This document shows, one piece after another, positions 30,734 to 41,183 of a DNA stretch of 64,000 bases. Position 1 is the first letter of the stretch. Every line of letters starts with the position of its first letter. The notes under the pieces are model-generated. The model made no database searches. It was not told the DNA's origin and saw only the letters and a list, made by a program, of their open reading frames with translations. Origin of the DNA: Clostridia bacterium. Its GTDB lineage: Bacteria; Bacillota; Clostridia; TANB77; CAG-508. A program made the translations under genes and the position numbers. The DNA is taken from positions 167,216-231,215 of the forward strand of contig JARHYK010000002.1 of the NCBI GenBank assembly GCA_029258515.1, in the 5' to 3' direction.

Positions 30734-32233
30734 GTGAAAAAATCTAAAGAAAGAAACACAAATGGTATTACTTTAATTGCATTAGTAATTACAATAATAG
30801 TTTTATTAATCTTAGCAGGTGTAACAATAGCAAGTTTAAGTGGAGAAAATGGGATACTTCAAAAAGCAAGTGAAGCAAAGGAAAAAACTAATAAAGAAGA
30901 TGCAGAAGAATCAATAAAATTACTAGTAACAGAAGTTCAAATGGAGAAAAATCTAGGAACAAAACCATTAAAAGATTTGTTAGAAGAAAAATTTGGACAA
31001 AGTAATGTAAAGCCAAATGGAGATGGATTTAAAGTAATAAAAGATGGTTATGAAGCAACAATTGATGCTAATGGCAATTTAGTAGGAGAAGTGGAAAAAG
31101 TAGGAACAGGGGGAGAAATACCAACAACTGGTAAAACAGATGGAAGTTGGGATGAAACAAAAGGTGTAAATGTACCTAAACTAAAAGATAATATGAAATT
31201 AGTAATATATAGTAATGGAAATTGGGTAGAAGATACAACAAATTCAGCTTATAAATATGTTGCAGGAACAGGGAATGAAGATAATAATTCAAGTGAATGG
31301 GCAAATGCTGTTTTAGATGGAAATTATTATGTATGGATACCAAGGTATGCGTATAAAATAGATAATAGTGTAACATATACAAGTCAGGCAGGTACGAGTC
31401 ATAAAATAGATGTTAAATTTGTTGACACTAGTGTAAAAGGAACAACAAGTGATGGGTATATAGTACATCCCGCATTTACATTTGGAACAGAAGAGCTAAG
31501 TGGAATATGGGTAGGAAAATACGAAACGTCAGGTGATATTGCAAAACCAACAATAAAACCTGATCAAGTAGCATTAACAGATATTAATGTTGCAACGATG
31601 TTTGGAACAGCTAAAAAATTAAGTAAAATAAATATAGATGCTCATATGATGAAAAATACAGAATGGGGAGCAGTAGCATATTTGACACAAAGTTCATATG
31701 GGAGAAATGGAACAGAAGTAAGTGTGAATCAGTGTAGTAATTATATAACAGGTGCAGGGAGAGGAATTGGTAATCCAATAGATAATCCAATTTATAATGG
31801 AATATATTCAAATCCAGAACTTAATCAAAAATATAATGGAGCAATAGGACGATTATCAAGTACAACAGGAAATGTATATGGGGTATATGATATGTCTGGA
31901 GGAACAGTTGAATATGTGATGGGAGTATATGGGACAGATAAAAATAATATAAGTTTTAGGTATTCTGGTTTTGATATCAATTCTTTTCCAAAAGAAGAAA
32001 AATATTATGATTTGTATACTAAAACAAGTACAGATATAACTAATATTGGTGATAGTTTGTTTGAAACATCTGGTTGGAATAATGATAATAAATCTTTTTT
32101 TAATCTCGACTTTCCTTTTTCTAGACGTGGTGGTCGTTATAATTCTTCTAGTGATGCCGGTATTTTTTATCATAATCCTTACAATGGTGCCAATGATAGT
32201 TCGTACGGTTTTCGAGTGTGTCTTTCAGTATGA
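30734..32233 (+). CDS. type IV prepilin-like N-terminus fused to an FGE-sulfatase/C-type-lectin-fold domain protein (paralog of 2801..4354); candidate DGR target
   Basis: GTG start with an AAGGAGG RBS. Leader MKKSKERNTNG followed by ITLIALVITIIVLLILAGV. The FGE motifs are conserved. The divergent C-terminal 36 codons are A-depleted and Asn/Ser/Tyr/Asp/Gly-rich. Confidence 0.75.
   Translation: MKKSKERNTNGITLIALVITIIVLLILAGVTIASLSGENGILQKASEAKEKTNKEDAEESIKLLVTEVQMEKNLGTKPLKDLLEEKFGQSNVKPNGDGFKVIKDGYEATIDANGNLVGEVEKVGTGGEIPTTGKTDGSWDETKGVNVPKLKDNMKLVIYSNGNWVEDTTNSAYKYVAGTGNEDNNSSEWANAVLDGNYYVWIPRYAYKIDNSVTYTSQAGTSHKIDVKFVDTSVKGTTSDGYIVHPAFTFGTEELSGIWVGKYETSGDIAKPTIKPDQVALTDINVATMFGTAKKLSKINIDAHMMKNTEWGAVAYLTQSSYGRNGTEVSVNQCSNYITGAGRGIGNPIDNPIYNGIYSNPELNQKYNGAIGRLSSTTGNVYGVYDMSGGTVEYVMGVYGTDKNNISFRYSGFDINSFPKEEKYYDLYTKTSTDITNIGDSLFETSGWNNDNKSFFNLDFPFSRRGGRYNSSSDAGIFYHNPYNGANDSSYGFRVCLSV
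30761..31900 (+). repeat. dispersed repeat copy B (paralogous to 2828..4010)
   Basis: By-eye alignment with copy A. Contains a 6-codon indel (PIPPTT vs PTT) and scattered substitutions. Confidence 0.8.
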
Positions 32234-32800
32234 AAAAATGAACATATAATATAACTTGTCAAGTTCAATGTGCCAAATTATTATTTATATATTAAAAGTG
32301 ATGTGATTGTGTTAATTATGTCACTTTTTTCATTTTTTAAACGAAATTAGGCTTAATTCATAATATTATATTGAAAAAAATTATCTAGGAATTGTGATGG
32401 GAAATAAAAAAATGGAGAATAAATATTAAAGTAAGATTTTAGCTAGATTTTTATACCAGAGATATAAAAATAGGAAAAAGTTTGAAGAAAAAAGAAATTT
32501 AAATATGTAATAGCTAATGAAAAGATAATAATCATGGTTTATGGATGAAAATATAAAATTTAGATAAAAAGTTGATAAATTATAATATATAATATATAAT
32601 CAAATAAAATAAAGATACATATGAAATATGCTCTTAATTATAAAACTAAAATATTTGTATCAATTACTAATAAAAAGATTTTTAAGTCTTTTTATATAAC
32701 TATTAGTAAAGATAAAGAAGGTGGTTAGTTTAAATAATTTATAGTTGCATAATGAAAAAGACTAGATAAAGAAAAAGATAAGTGAAAGGAAATGGTAAAA

Positions 32801-33766
32801 ATGGAGATTAATGAAAATGTGAAAGTAGCATGTGTAGGTGCTGGAGTAATTGGCTATAGTTTTGCGTTAGGATTTGCTTTAAAAGTTAGAGAGGTATATC
32901 TATATGATATAACAGAAGATGTTTTAAAATTGGCAAAAGAACGTGTTCATGAAAGTATGAAATTGTTAATAAAAAATAAAGTATTAGATGAGGAAGAAGC
33001 AAAAAATGTAGAAGAAAAAATACATTATACAACATCTATGGAAGAAGCGGTAAAAGATGCAGTATTTATTCAAGAATCTGGACCAGAACATTATGACGTA
33101 AAACATAAAATAGTGGAAGAAATGGAAAAATATGCAAGAGAAGATGCAATAATTGCAAGTTCAACATCAGGGTTATTAATTACAGAAATTGCTAAATTTG
33201 CTAAACATAAAGAACGTTTTGTAGGAGGTCATCCATATAATCCACCACACTTAATTCCATTAATAGAAATTACAAAAGGAGAAGAAACAACAGAAGAAAA
33301 TGTTAAGCTAGCAAAAGAATTTTATGAATTTGTTGGAAAAGAACCAGTAGTATTACAAAAAGAAGCATTAGGATTTATTTGTAATAGATTGCAAATGGCA
33401 TTATATAGAGAGGTTTGTGCACTTGTAATGGATGGAGTTTGTTCGGTAGAAGATGCAGATAAAGCAGTAACTTTTGGACCAGGACTTCGTTGGGGAATTA
33501 TGGGACCATCATTAATTTTTCAATTAGGAGGCGGAAAAGTCGGAGTAGATGGATTAATGAAACACTTAGAAAGTTCAATAAGCTTGTGGTTAGAAGATAT
33601 GGCAGATTTTAAAAAATTCCCAGAAGAATGGGCAAGTGTTGCAAGAAAAGGTGTAGAAGAAGAGTTAAAAAATAGAAAACCAGAAATTGGAAATGATGAA
33701 AAAAGTTTGGAAGAATATAGAGATAATATGCTAGTTGAATTATTAAAACTGCATAAAAAATTATAA
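32801..33766 (+). CDS. 3-hydroxyacyl-CoA dehydrogenase family protein (L-carnitine/L-gulonate dehydrogenase-like)
   Basis: NAD-binding motif VGAGVIGYSFA. 3HCDH C-terminal domain. The start was chosen at the second ATG for RBS spacing. Confidence 0.7.
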   Translation: MEINENVKVACVGAGVIGYSFALGFALKVREVYLYDITEDVLKLAKERVHESMKLLIKNKVLDEEEAKNVEEKIHYTTSMEEAVKDAVFIQESGPEHYDVKHKIVEEMEKYAREDAIIASSTSGLLITEIAKFAKHKERFVGGHPYNPPHLIPLIEITKGEETTEENVKLAKEFYEFVGKEPVVLQKEALGFICNRLQMALYREVCALVMDGVCSVEDADKAVTFGPGLRWGIMGPSLIFQLGGGKVGVDGLMKHLESSISLWLEDMADFKKFPEEWASVARKGVEEELKNRKPEIGNDEKSLEEYRDNMLVELLKLHKKL

Positions 33767-33902
33767 AACTATAAAGTATTAACAAAATAAGCTTTTACCA
33801 TTTTTTAATAGTAAAAGCTTTATTTTTATTTAAAAAAAGTATTGTGAAAGTACTGTGAAATGTATTGAGAAATGATTATATATATGATATAAATAAAATA
33901 TA

Positions 33903-34286
33903 ATGAAGGGAAAAAGTGATATAGTGGAAGATATGAAAATTGAAAATATATTAAAAGAATTGTCAAAATCAAATTTTAGAAGTAAATTTCATTTAAAGGT
34001 AGAGGATAAAAAATATATTGAAAAAAAGGGAATAGATACAATAAGAAAACATGCATATGATTTGATAACTAAAAGATTAGCACCTAAAGATTTAAAAAAT
34101 GATGGTAGACAAACACCAATGAAAGGACATCCTGTTTTTATTGCACAACATGCAACAGCAACTTGTTGTAGAGGATGCTTATATCAATGGCATAAAATAC
34201 CACAAGGAATGGAATTAGATAAAAAACAAATAGATTATGTAGTAAATGTTATAATGGCATGGATAAACAAAGAATATAATAGTTAA
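33903..34286 (+). CDS. DUF4186 family protein
   Basis: Conserved [15 protein letters not shown] cysteine motif. Confidence 0.5.
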   Translation: MKGKSDIVEDMKIENILKELSKSNFRSKFHLKVEDKKYIEKKGIDTIRKHAYDLITKRLAPKDLKNDGRQTPMKGHPVFIAQHATATCCRGCLYQWHKIPQGMELDKKQIDYVVNVIMAWINKEYNS

Positions 34287-34309
34287 TTTATAGAAAGGAC
34301 AAGAAGAAA

Positions 34310-34873
34310 ATGAAATTAAGAGAAAGTATAAAAGAATATAATCCATATAATGAGCAGGAAGAAAAAGATAAAAAGTTAATGTTAAATTTTATAGATAAAT
34401 TTGATGATGTGTTAACAAGAAATAATAATTTAGGACATTTTACAGCGTCAGTTTGGGCAGTTAATAAAGAAAGAACAAAGGTATTGATGATATATCATAA
34501 TATATATAAATCATGGTCTTGGATAGGAGGACATGCTGATGGAGAAGAAGACTTATTAAGTGTTGCAATTAAAGAATTAAAAGAAGAAACAGGAATAAAA
34601 AATCCTAAGATTTTAGATGATAATATTTTTGCACTTGATGCTATTTGTGTAAATGGTCATATAAAAAATGGAGAATATGTGTCATCACATTTACATTTAG
34701 ATTTGGCATATCTTGTAGAAGTAAGTGAAAATGAAATTTTAAAGATAAAAGAAGATGAAAATAGTGGAGTTAAATGGATTAATATAGAAGATGTAGAAAA
34801 AGTTTCTAATGAAAAATGGATGGTAGAAAATGTATATAAAAAAATGATAGATAAATTAAAAAAATTATATTAA
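34310..34873 (+). CDS. NUDIX hydrolase
   Basis: Nudix box [24 protein letters not shown]. Confidence 0.8.
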   Translation: MKLRESIKEYNPYNEQEEKDKKLMLNFIDKFDDVLTRNNNLGHFTASVWAVNKERTKVLMIYHNIYKSWSWIGGHADGEEDLLSVAIKELKEETGIKNPKILDDNIFALDAICVNGHIKNGEYVSSHLHLDLAYLVEVSENEILKIKEDENSGVKWINIEDVEKVSNEKWMVENVYKKMIDKLKKLY

Positions 34874-34887
34874 GGAGTAGTGATAAA

Positions 34888-36450
34888 ATGAAAAAAGTTT
34901 ATTTTAATGGTAAAATATTGACGTTAGAATATAAGCTATATGAAGAAAGTGTAATGATAGAAGATGGAAAAATTACATATGTAGGAGATTTTGAAAATAT
35001 AAAAAATCAAGATGCTGAATTTATTGACTTACAAGGAAAAACATTAATGCCATCATTCATAGATCCACATAGTCATATATCTCCTTTTGCTTCAACATTA
35101 TTAATAGCAGATTTATCAGGAGTAAAATCATATGAAGAAATTGTTGAAAAACTAGAAGAATATAAGAAGAATAATAATTTTGATGATGGAAAATGGTTAA
35201 TTGGTTTTGGGTATGACCATAATGACTTAAAAGAAAAAGAACATCCGACAAAAGAAATCTTAGATAAGGTAAGTACAACTATACCAATTATGCTTACTCA
35301 TAAATCAGGACATATGGGGGTTGTTAATTCAAAAGGAATAGATGTCTTAGATTTAAAAAATAGACTTAAAAATATAGAAGGTGGTAGTTATGGGAAAACT
35401 TCTACTGGAGAACTTACAGGATATTTGGAAGAAGGAGCTTTTATTGGAGTATTAGAGAAAGTAAATTCTTTTTCAATAGTAGATTTAGAAAATGCTTTAA
35501 AGAAGGCAGAAGATATTTATTTGAGTTATGGTATAACAACAGTACAAGATGGTTTAACTAAGAAAAATGATTTCTATTTATTAAAAAAATTAGCAGAAGA
35601 AAATAAACTAAGATTAGACATAGTAAGTTATATTGATATAAAAGATAATAGCGATATTTTAAAAGAAAATAAAAAATATTTAAAATATAGTAATAGGCTT
35701 AGAATAGGTGGATATAAATTAATATTAGATGGAAGTCCACAAGGAAAAACAGCTTGGCTTTCAAAACCATATGAGAATGAAGAAAGTTATTTAGGCTATC
35801 CAGCATATAAGGATGAAGAAGTAGAAAATTATGTTAAACAAGCAGTTGGTGAAAAAATGCAGTTATTAACTCATTGTAATGGAGATGCTGCAAGTGAACA
35901 ATTAATAAAAAGTTATGAAAAATTGGACCAAAAAGATTTTTATAGGCCAGTTATGATACATGCACAAACAGTAAGAAAAGATCAGATTGAAAGAATGAAA
36001 AGAATATCAATGATACCATCATTTTTTATAGCACATATATATCATTGGGGAGATATTCATATTAAAAATTTAGGAAAAAGAGCTCAAGATATAAGTCCTG
36101 TAAAATGGGCAATAGAAGAAAATATGAATTATACTTTTCATCAAGATACACCAGTATTATTACCAAATATGTGGGAAACTATATGGTGTGCTTGTAAAAG
36201 ACAAACTAAAAATGGAGTGATTTTAGGAAATCAACAAATAAGTGTATTAGATGCTATAAAAGGAGTAACTAAGATGGCTGCATATCAATATTTTGAAGAA
36301 AATCAAAAAGGAACAATAGCAGTAGGTAAAAAAGCTGATTTTATAATAATAAAAGAAAATCCATTGGAAATTGATATTGATAAAATAAAAGATATAGAGA
36401 TAATGGAAACTATAAAAGAAGGAAAAGTATTATATAAAAAAGAAAGATAA
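34888..36450 (+). CDS. amidohydrolase family (amidohydrolase_3) metal-dependent hydrolase
   Basis: The DPHSH metal-binding motif near the N-terminus. 520 aa. Good RBS. Confidence 0.75.
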   Translation: MKKVYFNGKILTLEYKLYEESVMIEDGKITYVGDFENIKNQDAEFIDLQGKTLMPSFIDPHSHISPFASTLLIADLSGVKSYEEIVEKLEEYKKNNNFDDGKWLIGFGYDHNDLKEKEHPTKEILDKVSTTIPIMLTHKSGHMGVVNSKGIDVLDLKNRLKNIEGGSYGKTSTGELTGYLEEGAFIGVLEKVNSFSIVDLENALKKAEDIYLSYGITTVQDGLTKKNDFYLLKKLAEENKLRLDIVSYIDIKDNSDILKENKKYLKYSNRLRIGGYKLILDGSPQGKTAWLSKPYENEESYLGYPAYKDEEVENYVKQAVGEKMQLLTHCNGDAASEQLIKSYEKLDQKDFYRPVMIHAQTVRKDQIERMKRISMIPSFFIAHIYHWGDIHIKNLGKRAQDISPVKWAIEENMNYTFHQDTPVLLPNMWETIWCACKRQTKNGVILGNQQISVLDAIKGVTKMAAYQYFEENQKGTIAVGKKADFIIIKENPLEIDIDKIKDIEIMETIKEGKVLYKKER

Positions 36451-36619
36451 ACGAAGTTTTTATTTGCTATATTTGTGATATTTATATTATTTTTCTTAAT
36501 GTGCGATACGAAAAATAAAGTAAATAAGCTATAATTATATAAGTATATATTATGCCGGAGGGGATCTTCTGGCATAATATTATTTGATATTTTATAATGG
36601 AAGAAGAGGTGTAAAAAAG

Positions 36620-36880
36620 ATGGGAAATTTAGCATATTTTGGATTAGGAATATTATTAGGACTAGGAATTTCAATATATTTTATTGTAAGCAGAGAAGAA
36701 AGAATTGAAAAGAAAATAGCAATGAATCAAAAAATGTATTCGACAGAAAAATTGGATAAGACAATGGAAATAGTTGTTGAAAAAATTAGTAAGGATATAA
36801 AAAGATTAAGAAGAGAATTAACAGAGGAAGAAAAAAATCAAATTATTATAGAGAGCTATAAAGAAAAATTTTTGATATAA
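36620..36880 (+). CDS. small membrane protein, YtxH-like
   Basis: N-terminal glycine-zipper TM helix (FGLGILLGLGISIYF) followed by a charged coiled coil. Confidence 0.4.
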   Translation: MGNLAYFGLGILLGLGISIYFIVSREERIEKKIAMNQKMYSTEKLDKTMEIVVEKISKDIKRLRRELTEEEKNQIIIESYKEKFLI

Positions 36881-37231
36881 TTATTTAATTGTATTAAAAA
36901 TTTTAGAAATAAAAGTAAAGTGATATGTACTGATAATTAATGATTAGATAAAAGAATGCAAAAAAATAGACTTATCTATTGATAAGTCTATGGTGTTATT
37001 GAAGTAGTTATCTACAACTTTTTTTGAATCTCATAACGATTGGTATAAAAAAATCAATTATTCATTAATTGTCTTTATTTTAACATAAAATTTATAAACT
37101 TTTAAGTTTTTTAGATGATGGTTAGATTATTGATAAAAACATAAATTTATGATATCATATATTTGTGCAAATAGTTATTTATATAATTGTTTAAGTTTCA
37201 ATAATTAAATAAATGGAGATGATGCATTATT

Positions 37232-37765
37232 ATGAGAAAGAAAACTATAAGTAAAACTTATATGAGAGGTGTTACAGATTGGGAATTTATTTCAATAAAA
37301 AGAAAAGAGGAGAATTTTCATATTTGCATAAAAAAGATAAATGAAGTTGATAAACCATTCATTCTAGATAGATATGGAAAAGAAACTGCATTTATTGATA
37401 ATGGATACTATATTGTTGAATTTACACCATTAAATGAGCTTTATAACGCAAGAGCGTTTCTTGATAAAAATTTAGATATTATAGGATATTACTTTGACAT
37501 AAGTCTTGAAAATGGTGTAGAAGATTGTATACCGTATTATGATGATTTGTATTTAGATGTTATTTATGACGGAAAACCTAAATTTGTTATAGAAATTGAA
37601 GATAAAGATGAGTTAGAGGAGGCACTAAATAGTGGAAAGATAACACAAGAACAATATGATTTGGCAAATAAAAAATGTTCGGATTTAGTCGAAGAAATTG
37701 TCAGTAATAGAAATATATTTATTAATATGAATATAAAAGATTTAATTCATAAGTATTTCAAATAA
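37232..37765 (+). CDS. DUF402 family protein (Ntdp/FomD-like nucleoside di/triphosphatase fold)
   Basis: Acidic motif cluster YYFDISLENGVEDCIPYYDDLYLDVIYDG...EIEDKDELEEAL, typical of DUF402. Good RBS. Confidence 0.55.
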   Translation: MRKKTISKTYMRGVTDWEFISIKRKEENFHICIKKINEVDKPFILDRYGKETAFIDNGYYIVEFTPLNELYNARAFLDKNLDIIGYYFDISLENGVEDCIPYYDDLYLDVIYDGKPKFVIEIEDKDELEEALNSGKITQEQYDLANKKCSDLVEEIVSNRNIFINMNIKDLIHKYFK

Positions 37766-37909
37766 AATAATACTTATATAATTAAAACTTGAAACTTTAA
37801 AAAGTTGCATAATACACAAGATTATGTTATAGTAGTAGATAATCCAGGCTTAAACCTGATTTATGTAAGCAAAAGTAAAATGTTTGTAATTAAAAAGGAG
37901 AGTTTTACT

Positions 37910-38803
37910 ATGGAAAACAACAGTAACAGTCAGGATAACTACAATGCATTAGTAAATCGGAGTGGTATAACAAAACACATTAGAGAAATTATGGACTTAA
38001 GAGAACTGTATGTTCTTTTATCCTATGAATGTAATGGGAATTGTGAATACTGCATAGAAAGAAATGCTCATCAAAAATCAATGATAACGGATGAAAATTT
38101 TAATAAAGCATTAGATTTTGCAAGAGAAAATGACTTGCATATAATTTTTTTGCATGGTGGAGAACCAACTATTCATCCTAATGTTGTTGAGTATGCAAAG
38201 CAAGCGAAAGAAGCAGGGTTTTTGGTAAAAATGTTTACAAATGGAATTGCTATTGAGACCATTAAAAAACTGGATGGTATACTTGATGAGATTATCTTTT
38301 CATACAGAGGAGACTATTCTTTGCATGATCAAAGCAAATGGAAATCTTCTTTGTCATTGCAAATTCTTGTAGCAGAGTCTGACTTTCCTACGCTAGAATC
38401 ATTGAGAAAGTTCATTCTCGAAAAAAAGAAAACAGGTATGAAAATAAGACTGCATACATTGAACCCAGTTAATCAGTATTCATATGATAATCAGTATGTT
38501 TCGTATCTAGAGGACATGTTCATGCAAACACCAGACAATCAGATTTATTGTGTTAACAATAAGGCGATGCTGTCGTTTGAAGGAGTTGGAATAAGATTAA
38601 CTAATAAATCATTAAATCCTATGCATCTTAAATATAGTATGAGTCCAGATGGTGAAATCAGAAAAAATTTTAAAAGATATTTTGAAGAAATTGTCAAAAA
38701 CGATGCAATGGAAGAACTATTACAAAGGTCTAACGATAAACTTATGAGAATAAGGACAGATACTACGCCTATTTCTTTGGAAGAAGTAAAGAATTTTTTT
38801 TAG
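37910..38803 (+). CDS. radical SAM protein (no SPASM or B12 domain)
   Basis: CX3CX2C motif CNGNCEYC near the N-terminus and GGEPT SAM-binding motif. The start was reset to the ATG with an AAAAAGGAGAG RBS. The ORF-track TTG start at 37805 lacks an RBS. Confidence 0.7.
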   Translation: MENNSNSQDNYNALVNRSGITKHIREIMDLRELYVLLSYECNGNCEYCIERNAHQKSMITDENFNKALDFARENDLHIIFLHGGEPTIHPNVVEYAKQAKEAGFLVKMFTNGIAIETIKKLDGILDEIIFSYRGDYSLHDQSKWKSSLSLQILVAESDFPTLESLRKFILEKKKTGMKIRLHTLNPVNQYSYDNQYVSYLEDMFMQTPDNQIYCVNNKAMLSFEGVGIRLTNKSLNPMHLKYSMSPDGEIRKNFKRYFEEIVKNDAMEELLQRSNDKLMRIRTDTTPISLEEVKNFF

Positions 38804-39160
38804 CAATTTACTTAAAAAGATTAAAGTATTATTCTAATCTTAGCTAGTGGCAAATTTTAAATGCTGCTAGCTTTTTTAATAAAAATAATTGTACAATTAA
38901 ATTACAATTTTAAATATTATAAAAATAAATAAAAATCTATTGACTATACTATTAAGGCTTTAATTATAGAAGTTCGAGCAGATTAGTTGTTGAAGAGGTT
39001 GATACTATTAAATAATTATACTGCTACTTTATTAAAAATTATCTTTTCTCATAGGATGATTTTAATGTATTGTTTTTAGGCAAAAAAAAAAAATCAAGCA
39101 GATTTTTTTCTGGTTGATTTTAGTATAATTCTATTTGATTAGTTCGAATAGAAATGTTTA

Positions 39161-39249
39161 TGGTGCAGATGGCCGGAATCGAACCGGCACGAGGTTTAAC
39201 CCTCGCAGGATTTTAAGTCCTGTGCGTCTACCTGTTCCGCCACATCTGC
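39161..39249 (-). tRNA. tRNA-Leu (anticodon TAA), long variable arm
   Basis: The reverse complement folds as a class II tRNA. Acceptor stem GCAGATG/CATCTGC, anticodon loop CTTAAAA, T-loop TTCGATT and CCA end. Confidence 0.85.
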
Positions 39250-39459
39250 ATATATTAAAAACAGGTTTGCCTTAACGACAATTAGTATTATAATATTTAA
39301 AATAAGATTTGTCAATGATATTTTGAAAAAAAGTTTAAAAAATTTAAAAAAATTTATTTCAATAATAAAAATTGTAGAATTGATGCAAAATATAAGAAAA
39401 ATAATTGATTTTATGTTTGATTTATAGTAAAATGTAAACATTGAAAGGGGGCATGTATA

Positions 39460-41037
39460 ATGGGAGAAACATTTTATGTAACAACACCGATATATTATCC
39501 AAGTGGAAAATTCCATATAGGAACAGCATATACAACAGTATTAGCTGATAGTTTAAAAAGATTAAATAAATTAAAGGGAAAAGATTGTTTTATGCTAACA
39601 GGAACAGATGAACACGGACAAAAAATACAAGAAGTGGCTCAAAAAAATAATTTAACTCCTAAAGAATATGTAGATAAAATGGCTGAAATGGCACAAGATT
39701 TATGGAAAACAATGAATATAGATTATGATTATTTTATTAGGACAACTGAAGAAAGACATGAAAAAGTAATACAAGAAATATTTGAAAAACTTTTAAAACA
39801 AGGTGATATTTATAAAGGAACATATGAAGGAATGTATTGTGTACCATGTGAGACATATTTTACAGAAACTCAGTTAGTAGATGGTAAATGTCCAGATTGT
39901 GGTAGAGAAGTTAGAAAAATGCAAGAAGAATCATATTTCTTTAATATGAAAAAATATACAGATAGATTGTTAAAATATTATGATGAACATCCGGATTTTA
40001 TAAAACCTGAGTATAGAAAAACAGAAATGATAAATAATTTCATAAAGCCAGGATTGGAAGATTTATGTATAACAAGAACAACATTTGATTGGGGAATAAA
40101 AGTACCATCAGATCCTAAACATGTAGTATATGTGTGGTTAGATGCCTTATTTAATTATTTGACTGCATTAGGATATATGTCAGAAGATGATTCTTTATAT
40201 CAAAAATTTTGGCCAGCAAATGTTCAGATAGTAGGAAAAGATATAGCAAGATTTCATTTAATATATTGGCCAATATTTTTAATGGCATTAGATTTACCAT
40301 TGCCAAAAACAATATTTGTTCATAACTGGATAATGATGAAAGATGGTAAAATGTCAAAATCAAAAGGAAATGTAATTTATCCAGAAACTTTAATTGAGAG
40401 ATATGGACTAGATGCAACAAGATATTTTCTATTAAGAGAAATGCCACTTGCACAAGATGGAATATTTTCACCAGAAGAATTTGTAGAAAGATATAATTAT
40501 GATTTATGTAATGATTTAAGTAATCTATTAAATAGAACAGTTTCAATGGTAAACAGATATTTTGAAGGGCAAGTTCCGGGGAAAACAAAAAATGTAAATG
40601 ATGTTGATGAACAATTAGAAAAAGAGACAATAGAACATATAAATAAATTTAATGAATTAATAGATAATTTCGAAATAGCAGAAAGTTTAAAAGAAATATG
40701 GAAAGTTGTATCAAGAACAAATAAATATATAGATGAAACATCTCCATGGAAATTGGCAAAAGAAGAGGAAAAAGAAAAGCTAGAATCAAGTATGTATCAT
40801 TTGATAGAAAATTTAAGAAAAATAGCAATATTAATAAAACCATTTATGAATGATACAGCAGATAATATATTAAGACAAATTGGAATACAAGATGAAAATT
40901 TAAAAACATATGACAGTTTATTAAATTATCAAGAATTACAAAATGTTAAAGTAATTGAAAAAGGTGAACCTATTTTTATGAGATTAAATTCAGAAGAAGA
41001 AATAAACTATATAAAAGAAATTATGAAAAATAAATAA
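39460..41037 (+). CDS. metG: methionine--tRNA ligase (short form lacking the C-terminal tRNA-binding domain)
   Basis: PIYYPSGKFHIGTAYT (HIGH region), KMSKS, and zinc knuckles CVPCE...CPDCG. Confidence 0.9.
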   Translation: MGETFYVTTPIYYPSGKFHIGTAYTTVLADSLKRLNKLKGKDCFMLTGTDEHGQKIQEVAQKNNLTPKEYVDKMAEMAQDLWKTMNIDYDYFIRTTEERHEKVIQEIFEKLLKQGDIYKGTYEGMYCVPCETYFTETQLVDGKCPDCGREVRKMQEESYFFNMKKYTDRLLKYYDEHPDFIKPEYRKTEMINNFIKPGLEDLCITRTTFDWGIKVPSDPKHVVYVWLDALFNYLTALGYMSEDDSLYQKFWPANVQIVGKDIARFHLIYWPIFLMALDLPLPKTIFVHNWIMMKDGKMSKSKGNVIYPETLIERYGLDATRYFLLREMPLAQDGIFSPEEFVERYNYDLCNDLSNLLNRTVSMVNRYFEGQVPGKTKNVNDVDEQLEKETIEHINKFNELIDNFEIAESLKEIWKVVSRTNKYIDETSPWKLAKEEEKEKLESSMYHLIENLRKIAILIKPFMNDTADNILRQIGIQDENLKTYDSLLNYQELQNVKVIEKGEPIFMRLNSEEEINYIKEIMKNK

Positions 41038-41183
41038 AATGTACAAAAGAACTTCAATAAATGTATTGGGGTTCTTTTTATTCTAAAAAGAAGAAAAATC
41101 TTAAAAAGTGCTATTAAAAATTTTGAAAATGGTGTATAATATAGAAGTAAAATGTAGAAAAATGTAGGAGGAAGATAAGAAAA

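Noticed and set aside
32400-32700. Short tandem AT-repeats (ataatatataatatataat), considered as a possible CRISPR or other array
   Set aside because: No regularly spaced direct repeats of 24-40 nt with unique spacers. Simple low-complexity sequence.
32234-32791. Possible DGR template repeat or reverse transcriptase downstream of pilin-FGE gene 2 (the same was checked at 4355..4715)
   Set aside because: No sequence resembling the VR (for example ggttttcg) and no ORF with RT motifs. The spacers are plain AT-rich intergenic DNA. The DGR machinery, if it exists, is outside this window.
39071-39115. Imperfect hairpin AATCAAGCAG...CTGGTTGATT with flanking A/T runs near tRNA-Leu
   Set aside because: Probably just a bidirectional terminator. 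The stem has a mismatch and nothing else distinguishes it.
39196-39516. 106-aa minus-strand ORF
   Set aside because: It overlaps the tRNA-Leu gene and the metG promoter and start. Spurious.
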